From an uncultured Elusimicrobia bacterium (GTDB lineage Bacteria; Elusimicrobiota; Elusimicrobia; Elusimicrobiales; UBA9959), in NCBI GenBank assembly GCA_903879915.1, contig CAIRNJ010000091.1, positions 95,718-159,717 of the forward strand: a stretch of 64,000 nt of DNA, given 5' to 3'. A model generated the notes under the pieces. It was given only the letters and a program-made list of their open reading frames with translations, was not told the origin of the DNA and searched no databases. Every line of letters starts with the position of its first letter. Position 1 is the first letter of the stretch. The position numbers were made by a program, and so were the translations under genes. Below are positions 43,695 to 51,785 of this stretch, piece by piece.

Positions 43695-44627
43695 TTAATT
43701 CGCCGGCATCGTCTGTTCTATCCACTGCAGTCTGTGCATTGTGCTCACTGCGTCTAAAGCCTCTCGGAGGTCCCGGTTGTAGGGGAACTCGGCATTATAC
43801 GCGTCCTCCACCAGCCGGGTCAGCATCTGTACGCCTTCCCCCTGGCTTCCGGCGGTGAAAAGGGTGCCGTTGGGATAATACCAGGCCCCGCTGTTCCCGG
43901 ACTGGACAAGAAAAGCGTATTTCCCGTTGGGATATTTCCAGGACCCCTTGTCGCTGTAGTTGTCCGCTATCAGCGCGTATTTTCCGCTGGGATACTTCCA
44001 GGCGCCTTTGTCGCTGTAGCCGTCGCCTACCAGCGCGTAGCTCCCGTTCGGGTATTTCCAGGAACCCTTGTCGCTGTAGTTGTTCCCTACCAGCGCGTAT
44101 TTTCCGCTGGGATACTTCCAGGCGCCTTTGTCGCTCCAACCCTCACCCACCAGCGCGTAGTTCCCGCCGGGATACTTCCAGGAACCTTTATCGCTCCAGC
44201 CCTCTCCCACGAAAGCGTATTGTCCGCCGGGATATTTCCAGGAGCCTTTGTCGCTGTATTCCGGTCCCGCGTAAGCTATCGTCCCGTCCGGATATCGTAC
44301 CGTGGCTGTCGGCTCGTTAGAAAAATGGCAGACCAGGCGCGCCAGCGCGGCCGGCTCATTCCCTGAGCCCGCGTTCTCAAGCTCCGCTAAAAATTCCATC
44401 GTGCGGGCCTGCGCGCAGCGGTCAATGGTGCCCTCAATATCTCTTAAGGAGGCTTCTGAGCGCGGCCGTTTCTCCGCGCCGTAGTTCACGGGAGAGCCCG
44501 GCAGGACCGCTTCATTAAGTACAGAAGGTGAAACGGAGGTTTTTAATGACCCGATCGCTCCTTCTCCCGCGAAAGCCGCATTAACACCTAACAGCACCGC
44601 CGCAGCCGCATAGATAGAACTTTTCAT
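43695..44627 (-). CDS. Secreted tandem-repeat protein (about seven 19-aa repeats, SDKGSWKYPNGxYALVGxGY)
   Basis: Signal module MKSSIYAAAAVLLGVNAAFAGEGAIGSLK. The repeats resemble MORN-variant GxWxYYxNG motifs. Confidence 0.65.
   Translation of the reverse strand: MKSSIYAAAAVLLGVNAAFAGEGAIGSLKTSVSPSVLNEAVLPGSPVNYGAEKRPRSEASLRDIEGTIDRCAQARTMEFLAELENAGSGNEPAALARLVCHFSNEPTATVRYPDGTIAYAGPEYSDKGSWKYPGGQYAFVGEGWSDKGSWKYPGGNYALVGEGWSDKGAWKYPSGKYALVGNNYSDKGSWKYPNGSYALVGDGYSDKGAWKYPSGKYALIADNYSDKGSWKYPNGKYAFLVQSGNSGAWYYPNGTLFTAGSQGEGVQMLTRLVEDAYNAEFPYNRDLREALDAVSTMHRLQWIEQTMPAN
43856..44303 (-). repeat. Tandem 57-nt coding repeats
   Basis: Recurrent ...ccgctgggatacttccaggcgcctttgtcgct... units are visible by eye. 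Confidence 0.7.
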
Positions 44628-44681
44628 TTCCGATTCTCCTTAACCTGTCCAGACCGTGGAGGAATAGTCGCCTGCCGCCTG

Positions 44682-45272
44682 TCAGTATTTGGACATTCTA
44701 TCCCAGAGCTTCTGGTTCACCGCTACGTAGCGGACCGAGGTGTAATCGGTCATATTCATCGCCATCATCCCGGCGAATTCATAGTCCATCTGTACGCGGG
44801 CGTAATAGCCGTTGCCGTCGTTCTTAAGTTCCGTATATTTCAACCCGGACAGTTTGATCACGTTCTGAACCGCGGCCAGGTCGGCGCTTTTCCAGAACTG
44901 GACCACGAACGGCCCCTGCCAGGCGTCCGCGGCCGGTATAACGTAAAGCTTGCGCACATCGAAGGGATCTGTCTGGTCCTTGGGCGTGGTTACCGCCGCC
45001 TCGAGGGACTTTTTTATTCCGCCGGGCCGGGGCGTCTTAACGGCGGCCGGCGCATGAGCGGGCGGAATGGCGGTATCCCGCGCCGCGGCCTGCGCGTTTA
45101 TGGCGGAGGCGTGCACCGCCAGGTCGGCGAACTGGGGGGAATTCTGGCCGTGGGGCATCTCTCCTCCCAGCGGCCCGTTCGGGAAACACGACACGGAGCC
45201 CGCGCACATCTCGGCTGCATATACGCCGCCGGTCAAGCCTAACATCGCAGCCACCATTAGTATTTTTTTCAT
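44682..45272 (-). CDS. Secreted hypothetical protein
   Basis: Signal peptide MKKILMVAAMLGLTGGVYAAE. It is the first gene behind cassette I and has a GAGGAGG Shine-Dalgarno. Confidence 0.6.
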   Translation of the reverse strand: MKKILMVAAMLGLTGGVYAAEMCAGSVSCFPNGPLGGEMPHGQNSPQFADLAVHASAINAQAAARDTAIPPAHAPAAVKTPRPGGIKKSLEAAVTTPKDQTDPFDVRKLYVIPAADAWQGPFVVQFWKSADLAAVQNVIKLSGLKYTELKNDGNGYYARVQMDYEFAGMMAMNMTDYTSVRYVAVNQKLWDRMSKY

Positions 45273-45423
45273 TTACTGTTTCCTCCTCTGTCTGAAACCT
45301 CTTACTACAAGTTTACCCCGTTTCTCCGCTGCTTTCCTGAGGCCTAAGAACCAGAACGGCCGATTTCTTTGACCCAGGAGCGGCGGCTTAGCTGAATAGT
45401 ATTTCGTTAAGCCGCGGGCTTAA
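45273..45423 (-). promoter_or_regulatory. Type-1 upstream cassette, copy I
   Basis: P0 at 45407..45423 (overlapping the stop codon 45420..45422 of the upstream gene), core at 45373..45390, CCTGAGG at 45336..45342 and AGTTTACC at 45310..45317. Linkers are 16/30/18 nt and the leader is 37 nt. Confidence 0.75.
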
Positions 45424-46070
45424 TACCCCGCGGGCGTAAATACCGCCGGGGCGTTCTTCCGCGCTTCGCCGTAAGACTCCTGCCTGCTCCGGCACGTCTG
45501 CAGCGCCGCGTCAAGGCTTGCCGGGGCGCCGAAGACGGGGCTTACGGCCCTGTCCAGGCACACCAGCGGGGCGAGAGGTTCTGAAGTGCCGCCGCAAAGC
45601 TGAAGGCCGTATTCGAGGGTAAGCGAGTAACCGCCGATGGTCTGGGATACGGTCCGATCAAGGCAGGTGACCGGGGCTTCCGCAACGGAGGTGCCGCCGC
45701 ACAGCTGAATGCCCTGCTTAAGGTTAAGTCTATACTGGTACGCTATTGAATGCCCCAGCGCTTTTTCAAGGCAGGCCAGCGGCGCTTCCGGTTTTGCGCT
45801 GCCCGCGCACAGGTTGAAGCTGTCGTCGCGGGTAAGGTCCCGGCCCCCGACGGGCCTGGTCTTCGCCGTATCTACGCAGTTCTGCATGGTGAACGTCTGT
45901 TCCGCCGGCGCCGCTGCATCGGCATAGGATTTGGCTTCGGCCGGCCGAACCAGCCCAGCGATAGCCGAAACCGGGGTATTAGCTTTCAATGAACCGCGCG
46001 CGCTTTCACCCGCGTAAGAGATATTTATCCCGAATATTACCGCCGCCGCCGTATATAGTGATCTTTTCAT
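45420..46070 (-). CDS. Secreted Cys-repeat protein, family C paralog 1
   Basis: Signal module MKRSLYTAAAVIFGINISYAGESARGSLK. Three units of the type LC.G....APL.CL..A are present. Confidence 0.6.
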   Translation of the reverse strand: MKRSLYTAAAVIFGINISYAGESARGSLKANTPVSAIAGLVRPAEAKSYADAAAPAEQTFTMQNCVDTAKTRPVGGRDLTRDDSFNLCAGSAKPEAPLACLEKALGHSIAYQYRLNLKQGIQLCGGTSVAEAPVTCLDRTVSQTIGGYSLTLEYGLQLCGGTSEPLAPLVCLDRAVSPVFGAPASLDAALQTCRSRQESYGEARKNAPAVFTPAGY

Positions 46071-46085
46071 AGTAGCCAGCTCTCC

Positions 46086-46292
46086 TTACAGACAATATGC
46101 GATGGTCCCTGCGCCCATGTCGGAGCCGTTCTGATCGAACGGTCCCCAGAAGAACAGGTCCTCGCCGTCCGTCCCTTCCACTTCAGCTGCAGTGGGCGCG
46201 CTGGCGGGAACTATTAGTCCGGTGGGGGCCGCTTTCTGCGCCGGCTTTGAAACCATCCTGGAAGTTATATTTAACAGTCCGGAACTTTTCAT
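46086..46292 (-). CDS. Small hypothetical protein (68 aa), no signal peptide
   Basis: It directly follows a full cassette (J) and has an AAGGAGGG Shine-Dalgarno. The sequence is Ala/Pro/Gly-rich and ends in ...AYCL. Confidence 0.4.
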   Translation of the reverse strand: MKSSGLLNITSRMVSKPAQKAAPTGLIVPASAPTAAEVEGTDGEDLFFWGPFDQNGSDMGAGTIAYCL

Positions 46293-46447
46293 GCGCCCTC
46301 CTTGCCTGTCCGCCTTGGAAACCTCTCATTACTAGTTTACCCCGCGGGACGCCTGGCTTCCTGAGGACGAAGCCCCAATGCGGCGCGCTTATCCGGCCCA
46401 GGAGCGGCGGCTTATGAAAAGCGTATTCTGTTAAGCCGCCGGCTTAA
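46293..46447 (-). promoter_or_regulatory. Type-1 upstream cassette, copy J
   Basis: P0 at 46431..46447, core at 46397..46414, CCTGAGG at 46360..46366 and AGTTTACC at 46334..46341. Linkers are 16/30/18 nt. P0 starts 11 nt after the upstream CE4 stop. Confidence 0.75.
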
Positions 46448-46458
46448 CCGCCGCTTTA

Positions 46459-47565
46459 TTACTCTCCTTTAAAAGCCTGCGCCAGCCTTTCGGGGGAAAC
46501 TACTTTGTAGCCGTTCTCGGCCAGCCAACCTGCCAGCCGCTTGGCGGCCGTGCGGCTCTGCGGATGGATGTCGTGCATCAGCACTATGCCCTTGCCGCGC
46601 TTCGCTATCATGGAGATGGTGTTCTTGTAAAGCGTATCGGGGTCTTTCGTGGACCAGTCCAGCGTGTCTATGGTCCAGCCCACCGGCACCAGGTCCAGGT
46701 CGGAGGCTATGGCCCTGGCGGCCTCGGGCGAGACCACGCCGTAGGGCGGCCTGAAGAAAGAGGACTTTTTCCCGGTGACCGCGGTTATGGAGGAGCTTAC
46801 GCCGCCCAGCTGCCTGAGGGTTTCCTCCAGCGACAGCGCGGTGAAAGGCTTGCCTGACGGGGTGGCGTGGTTGTAGCCGTGCACGCCGATAAGGTGCCCG
46901 TCGGCCGCTTCGGCCTTCAGGCGGGTTTTGCCGTTCTCGCCGAGGTTGGCGCCCAGCACGAAGAACAGGCTCTGCGCGCCGGCCTCTTTCATGGAGGAGG
47001 AGACCTCCTCTGTCAGCGGCCCGGGGCCGTCGTCGAAGGTCAGGATCACTTCGCCGTTGTTCAGGAACCCGTCGAACTGCACCAGGTAAGGCGTATTGGC
47101 CTTTACGTAGTTTATCTGGCAGTAGCCGGCTTTTATGGGCACGCCGCGCGTTTCTTCGCCGCGTAAGCCGCCGAAGTTAAAAACGCCGTCCAGTTCCGCT
47201 TTCACCCTGTCAGAAATCCAGCCGTTGTCCCGGGGCGGTTCGGGCCGGTAGGGGGCGCCTGAGGCGGCGGTTATGCCGGCCGAAAGGTTTTCCAGCACGC
47301 CGCGCAGGTATTTGCCGGCGGCCGAGTGCTCGAGGAATTCGGGCGTGTCCTGCCGCTCCGAGAAAGCTCTCTCGGAATATGCCCGGAGGGCGGAATAATA
47401 TTCATCGTAGCCGGCTTTCAGCGAATTTATGTCCGCGGCGGGCGGCTGCGCGGCCGGTACTTCTACGGCGGCGGGGACCTGCGGCAGCTGAGGGGGCTGC
47501 GCGAAAGCCGGAACGAACGGCGCTATTGAAAACAATGAAACCAGCAGGCAGAGCTTTTTGTTCAT
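46459..47565 (-). CDS. Secreted polysaccharide deacetylase (NodB/CE4)
   Basis: ILTFDDGPG, GVHGYNH, FFRPPYG and VLMHD are the CE4 motifs. A signal peptide is present. Confidence 0.82.
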   Translation of the reverse strand: MNKKLCLLVSLFSIAPFVPAFAQPPQLPQVPAAVEVPAAQPPAADINSLKAGYDEYYSALRAYSERAFSERQDTPEFLEHSAAGKYLRGVLENLSAGITAASGAPYRPEPPRDNGWISDRVKAELDGVFNFGGLRGEETRGVPIKAGYCQINYVKANTPYLVQFDGFLNNGEVILTFDDGPGPLTEEVSSSMKEAGAQSLFFVLGANLGENGKTRLKAEAADGHLIGVHGYNHATPSGKPFTALSLEETLRQLGGVSSSITAVTGKKSSFFRPPYGVVSPEAARAIASDLDLVPVGWTIDTLDWSTKDPDTLYKNTISMIAKRGKGIVLMHDIHPQSRTAAKRLAGWLAENGYKVVSPERLAQAFKGE

Positions 47566-47583
47566 TATATTATCTCCTTGGAA

Positions 47584-48132
47584 TTATACTCCAGTCAATA
47601 ATGCGTAACCGGTTCCCCCGGGCAGGCCGGCGGCTTTAAGTATCAGCCTCCCGCCGTTCTGCCTTATCTCCGCGCTGACGGCGGCGCCGGCGGCGGGCTT
47701 GAGCGCCATAACGGCCGTCCCGTCGCTGTAGCCGGTGCCTTGGTAGCCCTTCCCCGCCAGCGCGAGCTCGGCGGAAAAGTAAACCACCGGCCCGACAAAA
47801 TCATAATGGCCGGTTATCTTTATATGCCCGGCGCCCCGGTCGAGTCTGGCGTTAATATCCGCGGTCAGCAGTTCCAGGTCGTAGCCGTCCGGATAGTCCG
47901 GCGAGACCAGTTCGGACAGCGGCACAGCCTGCCCGCTTTCGAAAAGGCCGGCCAGCGCGGCGTAGGTCCGTTTGCCATTTTCGCCCGCGGTAAGCGTAAC
48001 CCGCGCCGGCGCGCCGGCTGCGGGCCCTGCGGCGGCCGCAGGCGCTTGCGCTGCAAGCGTCTTGAGCGCTTCTGCGGCGTACGCGCCGCCTGTTATCCCC
48101 GACACCAGAACCAGTATCATCAGCTTCTTCAT
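47584..48132 (-). CDS. Secreted hypothetical protein
   Basis: Signal peptide MKKLMILVLVSGITGGAYAAE. It is the middle gene of operon K. Confidence 0.55.
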   Translation of the reverse strand: MKKLMILVLVSGITGGAYAAEALKTLAAQAPAAAAGPAAGAPARVTLTAGENGKRTYAALAGLFESGQAVPLSELVSPDYPDGYDLELLTADINARLDRGAGHIKITGHYDFVGPVVYFSAELALAGKGYQGTGYSDGTAVMALKPAAGAAVSAEIRQNGGRLILKAAGLPGGTGYALLTGV

Positions 48133-48189
48133 TATTGTTCCCTCCGGATCTTTTATTTTTTTTGCTGCGGGCTTCGCAAATACTGGCTG

Positions 48190-49110
48190 TTAAATGCCCC
48201 AGCCTTTCCAGAATATCAGGCAGGAGTAGACCCTGCCTTCAGGAGTTTCATTGCTGTAGATCTGCAGGCCCATTACTTTCGAGCGGTGTTCCGCAGCGGA
48301 GAGCAGGATTTCCACGGCTTTTTCCGCGCTCTTATACTTGCCTTCATAGTCGGCCTTGCAGGTTTTAGTGTTCGCAAGGTGAGAGGCCGCGCCGGAGATA
48401 TACGCGCCCACCTGGTGCGTGCCCTCGAAGATAACGCCTATTCCCGCCTCCATCCCGTACAGGTCCAGCGCTTTCTCCGTGTTAGCGGCGGCAGGCCTGT
48501 TGATGCTGTAATAGACCGTGAACGAGAACTTGTCGCCCTGCATAACTACGAGTTTCGCCAGCACTTTCCCGCCGGCGCGCTCTACCATCAGAGCGGCTGC
48601 CGCGGCGTCCGTGGCGGCCGCCGCCGCGGTCTGGTAAACGCGTCCGGCGGCGAAGCCGTCGAAGCTTTCAATGGCCGGCGAGCCGCTGTAAAGGATCTCC
48701 AGGGTGTAGCCTTGCGCAACGGCCGGGGCGTCCAGGCTGTGCAGCTTCAGCCCCGCGTTCTGCAGCAGTTTGGTCCAGAAGTTTATGGCTTTAGAAAGGT
48801 TTTCCTTGTCCGGTAGCGCGGCATGGGACCGGAGCACGGGATAGCCGCTGTTAATGCCCGCCTCCTGCGGCGTATACGCGGGGAGGGGGGCCATTAAAAA
48901 ATACGGCATTGTAACGCCGTTCTGCTCTATCCCGCTGTCGGCCGAAGATGGCGAGAGGAAACTTAAGATGGATTTAGGGCCGGCCGCCCTGGCGACCGCC
49001 GCGCTTTCCGTGCCGGCCAGCGTCAGGAGCCCGCCCAGGGCGGGGGCCGCGCACTGCCCCAGCTGCGCCGAACACATCGTAACCGCGAATATCGTCAGCA
49101 TTCTTTTCAT
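48190..49110 (-). CDS. Secreted hypothetical protein
   Basis: Signal peptide MKRMLTIFAVTMCSAQLGQCAA. It is the first gene behind cassette K. Confidence 0.55.
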   Translation of the reverse strand: MKRMLTIFAVTMCSAQLGQCAAPALGGLLTLAGTESAAVARAAGPKSILSFLSPSSADSGIEQNGVTMPYFLMAPLPAYTPQEAGINSGYPVLRSHAALPDKENLSKAINFWTKLLQNAGLKLHSLDAPAVAQGYTLEILYSGSPAIESFDGFAAGRVYQTAAAAATDAAAAALMVERAGGKVLAKLVVMQGDKFSFTVYYSINRPAAANTEKALDLYGMEAGIGVIFEGTHQVGAYISGAASHLANTKTCKADYEGKYKSAEKAVEILLSAAEHRSKVMGLQIYSNETPEGRVYSCLIFWKGWGI

Positions 49111-49287
49111 CTGGTTCTCCTTATCTTCTGTACGGGCCGGGGCTTGTTCCAGGCCTCAAAACCTCACAATATAAGTTTACCGCGGTTTTTGCCGGATTAC
49201 CTGAGGCCGAAGAACTAACGCGCGCGGCTTATCCGGCCCAGGAGCGGCGGCTTATCAGCGCCGCCTTTCGTTAAGCCTTTGGCTTAA
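49111..49287 (-). promoter_or_regulatory. Type-1 upstream cassette, copy K
   Basis: P0 at 49271..49287 (TTAAGCC-TTT-GGCTTAA), core at 49237..49254, CCTGAGG at 49200..49206 and AGTTTACC at 49174..49181. I counted the linkers base by base as 16/30/18. Confidence 0.8.
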
Positions 49288-49410
49288 CGCTGTCGGGCGC
49301 CGGACAATAACCTGTAATTGTAGCGGGGTACAGCTCCGCCCGTGACAAATACTTAACACAACCATAGTGGTGCTATTGGGATTTGTTTTATTAATGGCAG
49401 ACAAGCAAAC

Positions 49411-49439
49411 TTGACAATGTATAACTTAAGGTATACAAT
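49411..49439 (+). promoter_or_regulatory. Canonical sigma70-type promoter
   Basis: TTGACA (49411..49416), a 17-nt spacer, then TACAAT (49434..49439). It lies ~160 nt upstream of the response-regulator ATG. Confidence 0.65.
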
Positions 49440-49602
49440 AAAAAAGGGGAATACATTCTCATAGTGATGTTTTAGTGGGGTAATCGAGAAAGGTATCTGG
49501 GGGGGAATGAGATCACACTGTAAGGCTGAAGCGTACTAAGGGGCCGGCGGGCTGACGCCGTACCTGGCGATCGTCCGCTGAGATCTTTGTAGGGAGAGCT
49601 TT

Positions 49603-50052
49603 ATGCTGAAAGTAATGGTGGTTGATGACGAAAAAGACACTGTCTGCCTTGTGAAATACCTGATGGAGCGTGAAAAGCTGGAAGTTGTTGAAGCCAGCAA
49701 CGGGCTTGAAGCTTACGCGCGTCTTACCTCCGGCACCGCGGCCCTGAGGCCGCCCGACGCTATAATTCTCGACGTTATGATGCCTGAAATGGACGGCTAC
49801 ACTTTTCATACCAAGCTGCAGGAAACGGAGGGGTTGCAGGATATCCCTATCGTTATCCTGAGCGCCAAAGATAAGCTGCGGGAGATGTTCTCGTCCTCTT
49901 CCAATATCTTCGCTTTCGTGGAAAAACCGTTCGAGGCCAAAACGCTGGTGGACACGGTGAAAGCCGCCATGGACAGCAGAAAAAGCAGAGGTTTTGATAC
50001 CCTGAACAACCCCGCCAACAGCGGCAGAATGATAAAGCCGCCGCTGAATTAA
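49603..50052 (+). CDS. Single-domain response regulator (CheY-like receiver)
   Basis: VVDDEKD, ILDVMMPEMDG (phospho-acceptor Asp), LSAKD and VEKPF are present. There is no output domain. Confidence 0.85.
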   Translation: MLKVMVVDDEKDTVCLVKYLMEREKLEVVEASNGLEAYARLTSGTAALRPPDAIILDVMMPEMDGYTFHTKLQETEGLQDIPIVILSAKDKLREMFSSSSNIFAFVEKPFEAKTLVDTVKAAMDSRKSRGFDTLNNPANSGRMIKPPLN

Positions 50053-50103
50053 ATGGAGCCCGGAGCCGCGGCGTGTAGAACGCAGAGTAATAAAGGAAGA
50101 ACC

Positions 50104-50718
50104 ATGAAAATAACAGTGTTGACCATCATGCTCGCGGCAGCGGCGCTTTCAGCCGCTTACGCCGGCGAAAGCGCGGCAGGCCTGCTCAGGTCCGCCGTTC
50201 CGGGGCCGGCCCCGGAGGCCGTTCTTCCCGCTGCGCCAACTGCTGCGCCGGCCGGTACGCAGCTTGATGCTAAAACCCGGTACCAGGCCGACGCGCCCAT
50301 AGCGTGCTATCTCAAGGCCGTAACCTCATTATTCCCGGCCGCTTATCCCTTCGCGGCTGAAAGGGCCGTAAAGTTCTGCAGCGGCGCACAGTCCGCGGAC
50401 GCGCCTTTAGCCTGTTATAGCACGGCCCTGGCCTTAACCTACCCGGGCGGCGCTCATTTTACTGTGGACAGCGCCATCAACCTCTGCAGCGGTGCGCAAT
50501 CCGCTGAGGCGCCCATAGCCTGTTATGGCAAAGCCCTGGCCTTAACTTATCCAAGCGGCTATCCCTTCACGCCTGATAACGCTGTCAGGCTCTGCGCCGG
50601 CGCGCTATCCGCTGATGCGCCCATAGCCTGCTATAGCAAAGCTATGGCCTTAATTTATCCGAGCGGTGCTCCTTTCTCGGCGGACAGCGCCATCAAGCTG
50701 TGCGGGGATGCGCTGTAA
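50104..50718 (+). CDS. Secreted Cys-repeat protein, family C paralog 2 (four 36-aa repeats)
   Basis: I moved the start to MKITVLTIMLAAAALSAAYAGESAAGLLR (ATG 50104, AAGGAAGA upstream). The repeats are DAPIACY.KA.AL.YP.G..F..D.A..LC.GA.SA. Confidence 0.65.
   Translation: MKITVLTIMLAAAALSAAYAGESAAGLLRSAVPGPAPEAVLPAAPTAAPAGTQLDAKTRYQADAPIACYLKAVTSLFPAAYPFAAERAVKFCSGAQSADAPLACYSTALALTYPGGAHFTVDSAINLCSGAQSAEAPIACYGKALALTYPSGYPFTPDNAVRLCAGALSADAPIACYSKAMALIYPSGAPFSADSAIKLCGDAL
50290..50715 (+). repeat. Four tandem 108-nt coding repeats
   Basis: The 36-aa Cys-pair unit recurs four times to the end of the ORF. Confidence 0.65.
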
Positions 50719-50842
50719 TGGCGTACGCTTGTCTGTCTCCTGACAGGCGTAGTTCTGGTCGTCTTAAAAGTCAAGTGATGCGGCTGTTCACGTAGCGAAG
50801 TTCTGTGCCGGGCGGTAAAGCTGGTTTTCCCGCATTCATAAA

Positions 50843-50876
50843 AGAACGGGACCGGCGCAAGAGCCGGTCCCGTTCT
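50843..50876 (-). terminator. Terminator between convergent genes (best U-tract on the minus strand)
   Basis: AGAACGGGACCGGC-gcaaga-GCCGGTCCCGTTCT is a perfect 14-bp stem. The minus strand continues TTTTATGAA. Confidence 0.6.
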
Positions 50877-50895
50877 TCTGTGCCCGCTTCCGCGG

Positions 50896-51765
50896 TCAGT
50901 CCTTGGGGAGCAGCTGGAAGATGCCGGCGTCGACCATATAGATGGCTGACGCCTGCCTGTTCTCTCCGGAGTCGGCGTAGATGGCGGCCAGCTCCACGAA
51001 TTTATCCATGTGCTGGCGGTAGATATCCAGGTTGGCCCTCGACATACGGATGGTTATCCGTCTCGTATCCACCCGGCCGGCTTTCTTCATCCACTTCTCC
51101 AGGTGTCCCAGCAACGCGGCCTTCACCGGGGCGGTAGCCGGCGTCGCGGGCAGCAGCTCCACTACTTTCGCCGCGTATTCGGAGCGCGTTTTATCATTGG
51201 TAAACTCAGCTATGCCCTGGGCCGCGAACGTTCTGAGGGTTTTCCTTATCAGGTCGGGTTTGAAGCCCGTGGCGTTGGATAATTCGCGCACCGTTACCCA
51301 GCCCGTGGTGTTGAACAGATAATACTGGCAGAGGAACGACACCATGTCGCGGGCGCATACTTTCCATTGTTCCAGCGTAAGATTGGCGGTGCGCTGCGCG
51401 AGCGCTTTTTGTGTCGCGGCTTCCGCCAGCTCCCTGCTGGGGAGGTCCTCGTCCGCGGCGCCGGCTGCCGCCGGGGCGGACAGGGAATCGAGCAGTTCGT
51501 CCGAGCCCGACAGCGCTTTGAAATAGGCCCGGATCAGCTCCTGGCCCCGGGGGGAATCCTGTTCCACGCCCAGCGCGGCTATTATCGCTTTCAGGCGCCA
51601 GCTCCTGGGCAATTTCTTCCCGTGCTCCGTGTTCCAGTAGGTCATCAGGCTGAAGCCCAGGCTTTTTTTCCCGCCTACGCTGTTATAGAACTGGTGCGCG
51701 CTGGAGAAGCCCAGCTCTTTCCTTATCCTGGCCAGTACGCTGCCGAAAGCTTTTGAATTATTCAT
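50896..51765 (-). CDS. Putative HTH/winged-helix transcription regulator, paralog R4
   Basis: MNNSKAFGSVLARIRKELGFSSAHQFYNSVGG... and WVTVRELSNATGFKPDLIRKTLRTFAAQGI are present. Its start codon is 21 nt from palindrome P0 of divergent cassette L. Confidence 0.6.
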   Translation of the reverse strand: MNNSKAFGSVLARIRKELGFSSAHQFYNSVGGKKSLGFSLMTYWNTEHGKKLPRSWRLKAIIAALGVEQDSPRGQELIRAYFKALSGSDELLDSLSAPAAAGAADEDLPSRELAEAATQKALAQRTANLTLEQWKVCARDMVSFLCQYYLFNTTGWVTVRELSNATGFKPDLIRKTLRTFAAQGIAEFTNDKTRSEYAAKVVELLPATPATAPVKAALLGHLEKWMKKAGRVDTRRITIRMSRANLDIYRQHMDKFVELAAIYADSGENRQASAIYMVDAGIFQLLPKD

Positions 51766-51785
51766 TCGGCAATTATAACAAATAG

